A stretch of DNA of 64,000 nucleotides from Shigella phage SHSML-52-1. Both the position numbers and the translations under genes were made by a program. The notes beneath the pieces were generated by a model. The model was given only the letters and a program-made list of their open reading frames with translations, had not been told where the DNA came from and did no database searches. Positions within the stretch are counted from its first letter, which is position 1. Each line of letters opens with the position of its first letter. The stretch lies in sequence record KX130865; one strand, 5' to 3'. Of this stretch, positions 36,198 through 44,884 are shown piece after piece.

Positions 36198-37145
36198 ATG
36201 TACAATATCAAATGCTTGTCCCAAGAAGAACAGTTAGAAGCTTACGGCCTGGTTGAATCAGGCAAATGGACTCGTAAAGAAATTGCCGATTACTTCGACA
36301 TTTCAACAGATACTCTTCGTAAGATTGTTAAGAATTTTAAAGCAGAAGGCGTTGTCCCTGAATCAAACGATGCCTCTTATGTAATCGAAGAAGTTCCAGA
36401 AAATGATGAACCTATTATCGGCGGACATCGTCCTGAAATCGTATGGAACGCGTCATCTAAATTTATTTCAATTATTGAAGGACGCGTAGCATACAATGCG
36501 ACCCCATCAAGTCATGCAAATTTTGAAGAAATTAAAGCTAATCTGGTCGCAGGAAACCTTAGTAAAGCTGTCGAACTTATTAACATCAAGAAAGCTATTA
36601 GTAAGTTTGTTGATGGTAATGTTGTTATTGAAGGTGGTAGTTTATTTTATCAAGGTATAGAGATTCGTTCTGGCCTGGTTAATCGTATTATTGATTCTAT
36701 GGAAAAAGGCGAAGACTTTAAATTCTATCTGCCGTTCCTTGAAAACCTGTTAGAAAACCCAAGCGAAAAAGCTGTACAACGTTTATTCGACTTCTTGGTT
36801 GCAAACGATATTGAAATCACTGAAGATGGGTATTTCTATGCATGGAAAGTAGTTCGTAAGGACTATTTAGACTGCTATAGTGGTACATTTGATAACTCCC
36901 CAGGTAAAGTTGTTTCAATGCCTCGTACTCGAGTTAACGACGATGATACTCAAACCTGTTCTCGCGGTCTCCACGTTTGTGCTAAATCTTATATTCGCCA
37001 CTTTGGTTCTAGCTCAGATAAAGTTGTTAAGGTTAAAGTTCATCCACGTGATGTTGTATCCATCCCAGTTGACTACGGTGATGCTAAGATGCGTACTTGT
37101 CGTTATGAAGTAATTTCAGACGTTACTGAATTATTTGCAGAATAA
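36198..37145 (+). CDS. rIIB: rIIB protein
   Basis: 315 aa; MYNIKCL… and conserved C-terminal half (GGSLFYQ…PGKVVSMPRTRVNDDDTQTCSRGLHVC…) match T4 rIIB. Confidence 0.95.
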   Translation: MYNIKCLSQEEQLEAYGLVESGKWTRKEIADYFDISTDTLRKIVKNFKAEGVVPESNDASYVIEEVPENDEPIIGGHRPEIVWNASSKFISIIEGRVAYNATPSSHANFEEIKANLVAGNLSKAVELINIKKAISKFVDGNVVIEGGSLFYQGIEIRSGLVNRIIDSMEKGEDFKFYLPFLENLLENPSEKAVQRLFDFLVANDIEITEDGYFYAWKVVRKDYLDCYSGTFDNSPGKVVSMPRTRVNDDDTQTCSRGLHVCAKSYIRHFGSSSDKVVKVKVHPRDVVSIPVDYGDAKMRTCRYEVISDVTELFAE

Positions 37146-37150
37146 TAATT

Positions 37151-37176
37151 GGGGACTTCGGTCCCCTTTTTTCTTT
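37151..37176 (+). terminator. rho-independent terminator after rIIB (GGGGAC-UUCG-GUCCCC + U-run)
   Basis: Perfect hairpin followed by TTTTTTCTTT. Confidence 0.8.
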
Positions 37177-37186
37177 AGGGGTAATT

Positions 37187-37474
37187 ATGATTCATCCATT
37201 TGACGTATCAGAATCCAAAATTGCTAATCTTCGTGGTCATCATAAGTGTAAATCAGTTTATTGTGCTAAATTGGTAAAACACCCAGGTGATGCACACTAC
37301 GGCTGGTTAGAATGCGACGAAGTTGTTATTGAAATCCCACCGGTAGATGCAGAATATCTTGAAGAAGGTGACCGCATTTATTTTGGCGAACTACACATCA
37401 GAGGTATCTATGGTAAAGACGAACTTGGGACTGTTGAGGCTGAAGAATCTTCCGACATTTATCCTGTCGAATGA
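37187..37474 (+). CDS. hypothetical protein (95 aa)
   Basis: Track ORF; Cys/His-containing (HHKCKSVYC). Confidence 0.4.
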   Translation: MIHPFDVSESKIANLRGHHKCKSVYCAKLVKHPGDAHYGWLECDEVVIEIPPVDAEYLEEGDRIYFGELHIRGIYGKDELGTVEAEESSDIYPVE

Positions 37475-37490
37475 GTTTTTGACTAGTGAA

Positions 37491-37967
37491 ATGAAAGTGA
37501 AGATTGCTGACACTGCTCGGTACTCGTTGAAACAAGATCCAGGTCAAATAAAAGAAGACGTTGTTCGACGTTGTAAGGTTGCAGTCTTTGCAGAGTATGT
37601 AGTAGCAAATTGGCTAGACGGATATGTTAATAAAGGTAATGAAGACGTAGAAGACCCGTACACGTATGCGTGGGACGTGTTAGCCCATCCTAAATATTGT
37701 GGAATTCGTGTAGAAGTCAAGACACATCAGATGGATTCTAAATGGATTTCTGTTACCACAGGATACAGTGGTGATTATCCAGGCGGCAACGGAATCAACA
37801 TAGGGCCCTTCCTTAATCATCGAGTCGCTGACTGTATTATTATATTGAATGTCAAAGAAACCTCACCTGACGTCTTCTCTTATTCTATAAAGTTCGTGGG
37901 AGACCATGAAGACCTAAAGAAAATCGTCCGCAAGAGCAACTACAACGGCTGGTATCTTCATCTTTAA
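37491..37967 (+). CDS. putative PD-(D/E)xK-type nuclease at the denB position
   Basis: ATG 37491 within track ORF 37347-37967; AWDVLAHPKYCGIRVEVKTH resembles a D…E-x-K nuclease core; synteny with T4 denB. Confidence 0.35.
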   Translation: MKVKIADTARYSLKQDPGQIKEDVVRRCKVAVFAEYVVANWLDGYVNKGNEDVEDPYTYAWDVLAHPKYCGIRVEVKTHQMDSKWISVTTGYSGDYPGGNGINIGPFLNHRVADCIIILNVKETSPDVFSYSIKFVGDHEDLKKIVRKSNYNGWYLHL

Positions 37968-37979
37968 TTTCATAAAAGT

Positions 37980-38016
37980 GTTTACAACTAAGTAGGACTA
38001 TGATATAGTAGTCCTA
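37980..38016 (+). promoter_or_regulatory. PeSL-type early promoter (GTTTAC 37980-37985; 8-bp inverted repeat TAGGACTA / TAGTCCTA)
   Basis: Variant core ATAGTAGTCCTATC. Confidence 0.5.
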
Positions 38017-38035
38017 TCTAAAAGAGGATAACATC

Positions 38036-38299
38036 ATGAAATTTAAATTTTTCTACGCAAAACATAAAGTAACAGGCGAATTTGTTTCAATGTACAACAC
38101 TGCAGATGACGAAGGGATGATTTATACCCATTTGGGTCTATCTCATTGGGACTCGGACGTGCCTTATATGTCATCTGAAGCCGAAATAACTCGTTTAGTT
38201 AACGGACATATGAACGACCATTTTGGTGTTATTCTTTCTAAAGACCTTAAAGAGGTTATCAACAAAGGATATATGGAACTCGCGGAAGTTGAGATATGA
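38036..38299 (+). CDS. hypothetical protein (87 aa)
   Basis: Track ORF with RBS AAGAGGATAA. Confidence 0.5.
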   Translation: MKFKFFYAKHKVTGEFVSMYNTADDEGMIYTHLGLSHWDSDVPYMSSEAEITRLVNGHMNDHFGVILSKDLKEVINKGYMELAEVEI

Positions 38300-38382
38300 G
38301 CTCTAAAATGTGGATCGGAATATGGTTGCTTAGTATCCCAATGATTTGTATAATATTTTCAATTGTGTTGAGGTACTTATGA
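38296..38382 (+). CDS. small hydrophobic peptide (28 aa)
   Basis: ATGA-coupled to the upstream ORF; single TM-like segment; not in track. Confidence 0.25.
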   Translation: MSSKMWIGIWLLSIPMICIIFSIVLRYL

Positions 38383-38489
38383 AAAATGCACTTCTTATTG
38401 TACTAAGAACAATTTGTGATACGGGTTTTTACATTGCATGTTCGTTCACTGGAACATGGTTGGCTTTAACATATTTTAATGTAATTTAA
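38379..38489 (+). CDS. small hydrophobic peptide (36 aa)
   Basis: ATGA-coupled to the preceding peptide ORF; not in track. Confidence 0.25.
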   Translation: MKNALLIVLRTICDTGFYIACSFTGTWLALTYFNVI

Positions 38490-38491
38490 TT

Positions 38492-38530
38492 GTTTACAAC
38501 ACAGTAGGATTATGGTATAGTAGTCCTACT
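38492..38530 (+). promoter_or_regulatory. PeSL-type early promoter (GTTTAC 38492-38497; inverted repeat AGTAGGA / TCCTACT)
   Basis: Cassette upstream of ORF 38550. Confidence 0.5.
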
Positions 38531-38549
38531 GAAACATGAGGAACACAAA

Positions 38550-38750
38550 ATGGCTAAGCTTTTTAAAGATGTTGAAATTGGTGAAAAATTCGTCCTGAAT
38601 AATGGACAGCAGCTTATTCGTGTAGCTTCTATAGCCGGACAAACTCATAACTGCATTGCCCCAACGTGTTGGACTCGATTCTTTATTGAAGATGACACTG
38701 AATGTTTAACTGTTGAAGAGCTTTTTGAACGTTCTGATATGGCCGAATAA
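38550..38750 (+). CDS. hypothetical protein (66 aa)
   Basis: Track ORF with RBS TGAGGAACA. Confidence 0.5.
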   Translation: MAKLFKDVEIGEKFVLNNGQQLIRVASIAGQTHNCIAPTCWTRFFIEDDTECLTVEELFERSDMAE

Positions 38751-38826
38751 AATTGTACAAACTCTTGAGAGCAGAGTATAATGCTCTCATGGATTACAAA
38801 AACATTAATCAATTGAGGAAATTAGC

Positions 38827-39273
38827 ATGTCCAAATATTTAACTCGTAAAGACCTTCTGGCAGTTGGCGGTGAAGTTGTTGCAGTAGTTCGTAATGGCGA
38901 ATACGGTTCTGAAGTTTCTAAAGAGTTTCGTTCTCGTGAAGGTTTTTACTTCTTTGTTAAAGGTTCATCTGACTGGCGACAAGTAGCAGCACGATTCTTT
39001 GTAGGACGTCAACGTTCTAAACAAGGGTTGGATGCAATTCTTTCTCACATTCGTCAAGGCCGTTCACAACTCGCCCGTACCATGGGCACTAATAATATTG
39101 AATATGACGTAATCTTTGTTTCAGCCAAGAACATGAAACCCCTGACTACTGGTTATGGTAAAGGTCAATTGGCTCTGGCATTCACTCGCAACCATACATC
39201 AGAATATCAAACACTCACTGAAATGAACCGTCTTCTGGCCGATAATTTCAAATTCATTCTGCAGAGTTACTAA
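38827..39273 (+). CDS. ndd: nucleoid disruption protein Ndd
   Basis: 148 aa; [12 protein letters not shown]…[14 protein letters not shown]…[15 protein letters not shown]…LADNFKF matches recalled T4 Ndd. Confidence 0.85.
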   Translation: MSKYLTRKDLLAVGGEVVAVVRNGEYGSEVSKEFRSREGFYFFVKGSSDWRQVAARFFVGRQRSKQGLDAILSHIRQGRSQLARTMGTNNIEYDVIFVSAKNMKPLTTGYGKGQLALAFTRNHTSEYQTLTEMNRLLADNFKFILQSY

Positions 39274-39280
39274 TTTATAC

Positions 39281-39314
39281 AGGCCTATTAAGTTAGGCCT
39301 TTAATTTATTTTTG
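39281..39314 (+). terminator. terminator after ndd (AGGCCUA-UUAAGU-UAGGCCU + U-rich)
   Basis: 7-bp stem followed by TTAATTTATTTTTG. Confidence 0.6.
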
Positions 39315-39325
39315 AGGTAATTAAA

Positions 39326-39472
39326 ATGGTATCATGGATTATTGCATTGTTGTGTTGGTCGTTTTTATTCGTTAACACTTTAGTTACAGGCGAAACAACA
39401 GTATTTCAACAGGCCGTATCACAAGGCACCTTAGCGGTCTTAGCTCTTTTTAACGTGTTAAAAGGCGAGTAA
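39326..39472 (+). CDS. small membrane protein (48 aa)
   Basis: RBS GAGG; hydrophobic; TAATG-coupled to the next small ORF; not in track. Confidence 0.35.
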   Translation: MVSWIIALLCWSFLFVNTLVTGETTVFQQAVSQGTLAVLALFNVLKGE

Positions 39473-39612
39473 TGATTAAGAAAATCTTAGCAGGAGCCTT
39501 CGGGCTCTTGTTGTTGCTTACGGTTCTGTACTATGGTGTGATGTTTGGACTAATCCAAGTAGTGCTTTTCATTTCAGATGTTATAATGGATATTCGTTCA
39601 TTAATATGGTGA
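39472..39612 (+). CDS. small membrane protein (46 aa)
   Basis: Hydrophobic; ends 4 nt before the gene 52 ATG. Confidence 0.35.
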   Translation: MIKKILAGAFGLLLLLTVLYYGVMFGLIQVVLFISDVIMDIRSLIW

Positions 39613-39616
39613 AAAT

Positions 39617-40942
39617 ATGCAATTGAATTCTCGTAATCTAAAAAGTATTATTGATAACGAAGCCTTAGCATATGCGATGTACACCGTTGAAAACCGTGCA
39701 ATCCCAAACATGATTGATGGATTTAAGCCGGTTCAACGTTTTGTGGTTCATCGTGCATTAGATTTGGCTCGTGGTAATAAAGAAAAATTTCATAAACTTG
39801 CGTCAATTGCAGGCGGTGTTGCAGATTTAGGTTATCACCATGGTGAATCTTCTGCACAAGATGCAGGTGCATTGATGGCTAACACATGGAACAACAACTA
39901 TCCACTGTTAGATGGCCAAGGCAACTTTGGTTCTAGAACAGTCCAAAAAGCTGCAGCATCTCGTTATATTTTTGCTCGTGTAAGTAAAAATTTCTATAAC
40001 GTATATAAAGATACTGAATATGCTCCAGCTCATGAAGATAAAGAACACGTTCCACCAAAATTCTATCTTCCTATTATTCCGACAGTTCTTTTGAATGGTG
40101 TATCTGGTATTGCAACCGGTTACGCAACAAATATTCTGCCTCATAGTTTTAAATCGGTAAAAAAGGCTGTATTACAAGCTCTTCAAGGTAAAAATGTCAC
40201 TAAGCCAAAAGTTGAATTCCCGGAATTCCATGGTGAAGTACATGAAGTTGATGGGCGTTATGAGATTCACGGAACATATAAGTTCACATCTCGCACTCAA
40301 ATGCAGATAACTGAAATCCCATATAAATTCGACCGTGAAACGTATGTGAGTAAGGTTCTTGACCCGTTGGAAGACAAAGGTCTAATCTCATGGGAAGATG
40401 ATTGTGGTGAACACGGCTTTGGGTTTAAGGTGAAGTTCCGTAAAGAGTACTCGCTTCCTGATGATGAAGAGCTACGTCATGAAAAAATCATGAAAGATTT
40501 TAGTCTCATCGAACGTCGTTCACAAAACATCACAGTGATTAATGAAAAGGGTAAATTAGCAGTCTACGATAACGTAGTGGACTTAATCAAAGATTTTGTT
40601 GAAGTCCGTAAGACTTACGTTCAGAAACGTATTGACAACAAAATCCTTGAATCTGAAAAAGCATTTAAACTGGCTTTTGCTAAGGCACACTTCATCAAAA
40701 AAGTTATCAACGGTGAAATCGTGATTCAGGGCAAGACTCGTAAAGCTTTGACTGAAGAGCTAGCACAAATCGAAATGTACAAAGAACATGTCGATAAACT
40801 GGTGGGTCTTAACATCTTCCATATCACTTCCGACGAAGCACGTAAACTAGCAGAAGAAGCTAAAGCTAAGAAAGAAGAAAATGAGTATTGGAAGTCTACT
40901 GATGTTGTGACAGAGTACACTAAAGACTTGGAGGCACTTTGA
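39617..40942 (+). CDS. 52: topoisomerase II medium subunit gp52 (GyrA-like)
   Basis: 441 aa; N-terminus MQLNSRNLKSIIDNEALAYAMYTVENRAIPNMIDGFKPVQRF matches T4 gp52. Confidence 0.93.
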   Translation: MQLNSRNLKSIIDNEALAYAMYTVENRAIPNMIDGFKPVQRFVVHRALDLARGNKEKFHKLASIAGGVADLGYHHGESSAQDAGALMANTWNNNYPLLDGQGNFGSRTVQKAAASRYIFARVSKNFYNVYKDTEYAPAHEDKEHVPPKFYLPIIPTVLLNGVSGIATGYATNILPHSFKSVKKAVLQALQGKNVTKPKVEFPEFHGEVHEVDGRYEIHGTYKFTSRTQMQITEIPYKFDRETYVSKVLDPLEDKGLISWEDDCGEHGFGFKVKFRKEYSLPDDEELRHEKIMKDFSLIERRSQNITVINEKGKLAVYDNVVDLIKDFVEVRKTYVQKRIDNKILESEKAFKLAFAKAHFIKKVINGEIVIQGKTRKALTEELAQIEMYKEHVDKLVGLNIFHITSDEARKLAEEAKAKKEENEYWKSTDVVTEYTKDLEAL

Positions 40943-41017
40943 GTGCCCTAGCCTTAGGATTTCTCGGTGCAATAGCTGCACTAGTGATTTGGCTGTATTG
41001 GTTGGACAAACATGATT

Positions 41018-41055
41018 AGGGAGCTTCGGCTCCCTTTTGTGCATTTTTTTCTCAC
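41018..41055 (+). terminator. rho-independent terminator after gene 52 (AGGGAGC-UUCG-GCUCCCU + U-run)
   Basis: Perfect hairpin followed by TTTGTGCATTTTTTT. Confidence 0.7.
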
Positions 41056-41060
41056 AAAAC

Positions 41061-41138
41061 AGTTTACATGTGCTTCAAACATGATATTATAGACCTATCA
41101 AAACAAAACAGCCAAATTGGAGAAATAAAATGTCTAAA
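41061..41138 (+). repeat. promoter/RBS/start cassette, direct-repeat copy 1 (GTTTAC, MotA-box TGCTTCA, -10 TATTAT, GGAGAAATAAAATGTCTAAA)
   Basis: About 76 bp, roughly 85-90% identical to 41382-41457. Confidence 0.6.
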
Positions 41139-41345
41139 ATGAAATTAACCCAAAACACAACTACTCGTTTCGGTAAAGTTAAACCTGGTATGAATGCTCT
41201 CCGTAAAGCACTTGTTGAAGAATTAAATTTCTTAGAAGTTGAAATCAATTCTTTAGTGGTTCGCGGTTCAAATGGACATCATTTAGAAAAGCTTCGTTCT
41301 AAAAAGGCAAAACTTATTAGCCTTATTAAAGAAATGAGTTTGTAA
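41130..41345 (+). CDS. hypothetical basic protein (71 aa)
   Basis: Track ORF; starts MSK like motA because of the duplicated cassette. Confidence 0.5.
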   Translation: MSKMKLTQNTTTRFGKVKPGMNALRKALVEELNFLEVEINSLVVRGSNGHHLEKLRSKKAKLISLIKEMSL

Positions 41346-41354
41346 ATTTTACCA

Positions 41355-41374
41355 GGGCTTTTGAAAAAGAGCCC
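41355..41374 (+). promoter_or_regulatory. hairpin GGGCT…AGCCC between ORF 41130 and the motA cassette
   Basis: 5-bp GC stem with A/T-rich loop, followed by AAAATAAAG. Confidence 0.3.
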
Positions 41375-41381
41375 AAAATAA

Positions 41382-41457
41382 AGTTTACTTTTGCTTCAAA
41401 CATGATATTATAGACCTATCAAAACAAATACTAATTTGGAGAAATAAAATGTCTAAA
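41382..41457 (+). repeat. promoter/RBS/start cassette, direct-repeat copy 2 (drives motA)
   Basis: GTTTAC 41383-41388, TGCTTCA, -10 TATTAT 41406-41411, identical RBS and MSK start. Confidence 0.6.
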
Positions 41458-42081
41458 GTTACTTACATCATCAAAGCTTCTGAAAACGCTCTGAATGAAA
41501 AAACTGCTGCAATAATGGTTTATATCATTAAGAACAACTTCACCACTGCTGCCAATGTCCGTGAAGCTCTGGAAGCAGAATACAGTGCATCAGTTGTTAA
41601 CTCTAACATTGGTGTATTGATTAAGAAAGGTTTAGTCGAAAAATCCGGTGATGGACTTGTAGCAACAGGCGAAGCAATGGATATTATCCAAAAAGCTGCA
41701 GACCTCTTTGCCCAAGAAAATGCTCCAGAACTTCTTCAGAAACGTAACACCAGAAAAGCACGTGGAGTTACTCCTGAAATGCATGAATTAGCAAACTTTG
41801 TTTTTGAAAATATTAAAGATAAAGTTGAAGTTAAAGAAATTGGTGAAAACCGTAGTAACTTAGAAGTTCGATTCGCTAAACGAGTTCTAGGCATTCGCCA
41901 AATTGAAATTCGACGAGATGGCGCTCTTAGAATCTTTGCATACAACATGTCAGAAACTGAATCAAAGCTGTTTACTTCTCTTGAAAATGATGTTAAGATT
42001 AAGATCGGTGGTAAATATACTTACATTGACTTCCCTAATGTGTCTAAAGAAATCATTACCCTTGTAACTAACGTACTGTGA
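41449..42081 (+). CDS. motA: middle transcription activator MotA
   Basis: 210 aa; MSKVTYIIKAS…VVNSNIGVLIKKGLVEKSGDGL…QENAPELL matches recalled T4 MotA. Confidence 0.9.
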   Translation: MSKVTYIIKASENALNEKTAAIMVYIIKNNFTTAANVREALEAEYSASVVNSNIGVLIKKGLVEKSGDGLVATGEAMDIIQKAADLFAQENAPELLQKRNTRKARGVTPEMHELANFVFENIKDKVEVKEIGENRSNLEVRFAKRVLGIRQIEIRRDGALRIFAYNMSETESKLFTSLENDVKIKIGGKYTYIDFPNVSKEIITLVTNVL

Positions 42082-42091
42082 GGAATACATA

Positions 42092-42421
42092 ATGAATAAG
42101 CTGAATATTATTAACGAACTTCGTAAATGTGCAGAACCTACTCAGGAAGGATGGGATATTTGGTACCACGGGGCTTATTTAGGGACAATTGTAAAGATTA
42201 AAGCAGGCCAATATACGGTTATTCGTGAAAATAATGACGCGCCATTTGGCCTTCGTAAAAACTACATGGCAGCGATCAGTTCATTTGTTGATGCAGCTTA
42301 CGAAATCTATAAAGAAGATTATAAAGAATATCAGCAGTCACAACCGGTTATTCGTTCGATTGGTGTAAATAAACAAGCACAAAAATCTATTTGGCAACGT
42401 ATTAAGGAATGGTTTAAATGA
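42092..42421 (+). CDS. hypothetical protein (109 aa)
   Basis: Track ORF. Confidence 0.5.
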   Translation: MNKLNIINELRKCAEPTQEGWDIWYHGAYLGTIVKIKAGQYTVIRENNDAPFGLRKNYMAAISSFVDAAYEIYKEDYKEYQQSQPVIRSIGVNKQAQKSIWQRIKEWFK

Positions 42422-42879
42422 AAACTTTTAAAGAACGTTTAGCTCTGTTAGATAAAGCTTTGTCGCGTGAGACTCCGGAAAGTCTGGCTGCTAAATTAGC
42501 TTCTTACGGTGGTGAATATACAGAACAAAATGTTTTAGACGAAGTTCCTGAAATCTGTTGGCAGACTCTGTATTGGGATGAAAACCAAAAGTATCAACGA
42601 CGAATTGTCTGCGCAGCCAACCGTTTTAAATTAAAAGATGGACGAACTCTTATTATTCCAGGTGCTCGTCATTATTCTAAAGATATGGCAGAAGTTTTAG
42701 ATGTAGTTAAACCTCAATTAGTTACTCAACAAGTTTGTGATGATGACCAAGGGTTTATTGACCAATATAGTAATTATTGGACACGTGAAGAAGCAATGAT
42801 TATTGCAACTTACGCTGGACAAGTACGTATTGAACGTGGTGGTAATGAAAAAGAACTTTACTCTGAGGACCTTTACTAA
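42418..42879 (+). CDS. hypothetical protein (153 aa)
   Basis: Track ORF, ATGA-coupled. Confidence 0.5.
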   Translation: MKTFKERLALLDKALSRETPESLAAKLASYGGEYTEQNVLDEVPEICWQTLYWDENQKYQRRIVCAANRFKLKDGRTLIIPGARHYSKDMAEVLDVVKPQLVTQQVCDDDQGFIDQYSNYWTREEAMIIATYAGQVRIERGGNEKELYSEDLY

Positions 42880-43160
42880 TGAATCTTAAACAACTCCAGA
42901 TTGATGCTATTGAAGCCCACATTAATCATATCAAACGCCTGAATGTTATGATGGAAGAAAATTATGGTATGTATGCTAATCAGCCTGGTTGGGATGCTTT
43001 AGATCATCCTTATTTGGTTAATTTATGTAAAGGTGATACGTTAGCAATTATTCGTGATGGGTTAAAACCTTTCTTGCGCGACATGTATATTAAAATGAAC
43101 GAAGAAATTATTAGCTCGTTGCAATATCAATTAAGGAAATTAGATGATGAGAATAATTGA
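42879..43160 (+). CDS. hypothetical protein (93 aa)
   Basis: Track ORF, TAATG-coupled. Confidence 0.45.
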   Translation: MNLKQLQIDAIEAHINHIKRLNVMMEENYGMYANQPGWDALDHPYLVNLCKGDTLAIIRDGLKPFLRDMYIKMNEEIISSLQYQLRKLDDENN

Positions 43161-43371
43161 TTCTAAAGCAGATTATTTTAATTCTGTTAATGATAAGAAT
43201 AAAGCTTTAATTCGCCACTTTATTACTGAGATGGGTTATACTGACTCTAAAGATTTGAAAGAGCACATTATCGAATGTTCTGTGGCTAAAAAGTTTTCTT
43301 TCACAGACAAATGTTTAAATGAGGTTATAAATCATTATGAACAATCTTGTAGCAAAACACGATTTCAATAA
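43144..43371 (+). CDS. hypothetical protein (75 aa)
   Basis: Track ORF. Confidence 0.4.
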   Translation: MMRIIDSKADYFNSVNDKNKALIRHFITEMGYTDSKDLKEHIIECSVAKKFSFTDKCLNEVINHYEQSCSKTRFQ

Positions 43372-43445
43372 GGCTTCTGTCCATAAGGACAAGAAGAAAT
43401 CAGAACTTCAATCTAAACGCAAACAAAAACATAAGGGTAAAGACT

Positions 43446-43745
43446 ATGCTTACTAAAATCAAAGAAAATCCTGCCACTGAACTTGTTATTCGTTGTGAAG
43501 AACTTGCAGAGCTTTATCAGGTTAACCGAGAAGTGTGTCGTAGTGTTATCGTAGATATGGAAGACGAAGTATGTTCTCGTATTCCTTTTAGTGTCGATTT
43601 CAATCACATGAAGCCTGGTGAAATCACTATCGTCTTTGGTTCTGACTATACTGAAGAACGGGCTCTTAATGCCCTAGAATATGAAATGTCATTCTTCGAC
43701 ATACAGGACTACATTGATAGTTATAAGGAACAATATGAGTCATAA
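43446..43745 (+). CDS. hypothetical acidic protein (99 aa)
   Basis: Track ORF; acidic composition; lies in the region where T4 has arn, but no sequence-level assignment. Confidence 0.45.
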   Translation: MLTKIKENPATELVIRCEELAELYQVNREVCRSVIVDMEDEVCSRIPFSVDFNHMKPGEITIVFGSDYTEERALNALEYEMSFFDIQDYIDSYKEQYES

Positions 43746-43896
43746 TCTTCAGAACGTAGTAGAGGCCGAACGTGAGCGTGAGGCTTTAGTCTATAATGAA
43801 CTATTAGCTCCGTTCTTAGCCTTACACTCGTACGAACAGGAAGACTACATTGATTATGTTAAAAGCGTAGAAAAAGCCGTTTACAATCAACACTGA
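43735..43896 (+). CDS. hypothetical protein (53 aa)
   Basis: ATG 43735 after TAAGGAACAAT; in frame with track ORF 43681-43896. Confidence 0.3.
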   Translation: MSHNLQNVVEAEREREALVYNELLAPFLALHSYEQEDYIDYVKSVEKAVYNQH

Positions 43897-43908
43897 TAAT
43901 GGTACTAT
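43879..43908 (+). promoter_or_regulatory. early promoter for asiA (-35 GTTTAC 43879-43884, -10 TACTAT 43903-43908)
   Basis: 18-bp spacer; -35 lies inside the preceding small ORF. Confidence 0.35.
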
Positions 43909-43942
43909 ATCCATATCAACCAAGTGGAATGAATAAAACGTT

Positions 43943-44215
43943 ATGAATAAAGACATTGAAATCGTACGTGAAATTATTACTATTGCTTCTATTTTGATTA
44001 AATTCTCTAGGGAAGATATTGTTGAAGACCGAGCAAGTTTCATCGGATTCTTGAATGAGATTGGAATTAAAAAAGATGGTCGGCAGCTAAATCAGAATTC
44101 GTTCAGAAAACTAATTACAAATTTAACTGCCGAAGAAAAGAAAACACTGATTAGTGAATTCAATGAAGGTTTTGAAAATATTTATCGTCATTTAGCGATG
44201 TATTCTAACAACTAA
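43943..44215 (+). CDS. asiA: anti-sigma-70 protein AsiA
   Basis: 90 aa; MNKDIEIVREIITIASILIKFSREDIVEDRASFIGFLNEIG…NEGFENIYRHLAMY matches T4 AsiA. Confidence 0.9.
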   Translation: MNKDIEIVREIITIASILIKFSREDIVEDRASFIGFLNEIGIKKDGRQLNQNSFRKLITNLTAEEKKTLISEFNEGFENIYRHLAMYSNN

Positions 44216-44875
44216 TTATTTAGCCCTTCCTAGTATTCGGACCGCTTGGTTGCATATAGCTGCTAAGCGATCTTCCTCAAGTATATTACTCCCCTTATAC
44301 CAATACATCGTCACAGTTCCAGCATAGATGTTATCCAAATTAAAGTATGGACAACTATACATATAAGAAAGTTCAGCAGTCTTAGATTTTGTAGGCAAAA
44401 ATGCAAATTCTGATTTAGACGAGAAATGACGGCCACTTAAATGAATTATATATTCATTGGCCGTTTTATCCACCGGGAATCCCCCAAGGGACTTTTCAGA
44501 AATTGTGCTAGGCAGTTTGCCTTCATAAGCTATAAGGTCGACGAAATAATTTAAGTTTTTAGGTCTGAAAGAATACACAGCACTAAAATCTGCACCAGAT
44601 GAGATATGAACTATTTGCAGTTGTTCTAGAGCCGCAGATTCAAAACGTAAAGCTCGTTCTTTTTGGATTATTTCAGTATAAGTATCATACTTAGATCTTA
44701 CATAATAATCCAGCAAAATACTTCCTTTGTACCATATTAGTGCCATTAGGAACAAAAGAATAATTACCGCTACTCGGGACATTAAAACCTTTCCAGTAGC
44801 GTTATCTTTGAAAATACGATCTAGCAACCCAAATAGAATATCACTAAGCGAAAATGATACTTTTGGTGTTGCCAT
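44216..44875 (-). CDS. t: holin T
   Basis: 219 aa; N-terminal TM segment and conserved periplasmic domain (…LEQLQIVHISSGADFSAVYSFRPKNLNYFVD…YMYSCPYFNLDNIYAGT…) match T4 holin. Confidence 0.9.
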   Translation of the reverse strand: MATPKVSFSLSDILFGLLDRIFKDNATGKVLMSRVAVIILLFLMALIWYKGSILLDYYVRSKYDTYTEIIQKERALRFESAALEQLQIVHISSGADFSAVYSFRPKNLNYFVDLIAYEGKLPSTISEKSLGGFPVDKTANEYIIHLSGRHFSSKSEFAFLPTKSKTAELSYMYSCPYFNLDNIYAGTVTMYWYKGSNILEEDRLAAICNQAVRILGRAK

Positions 44876-44884
44876 AATACCTCC

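Noticed and set aside
40939-41019. 27-aa hydrophobic ORF with TTG start overlapping the end of gene 52
   Set aside because: Non-ATG start, no RBS, and it overlaps the terminator hairpin; more likely non-coding.
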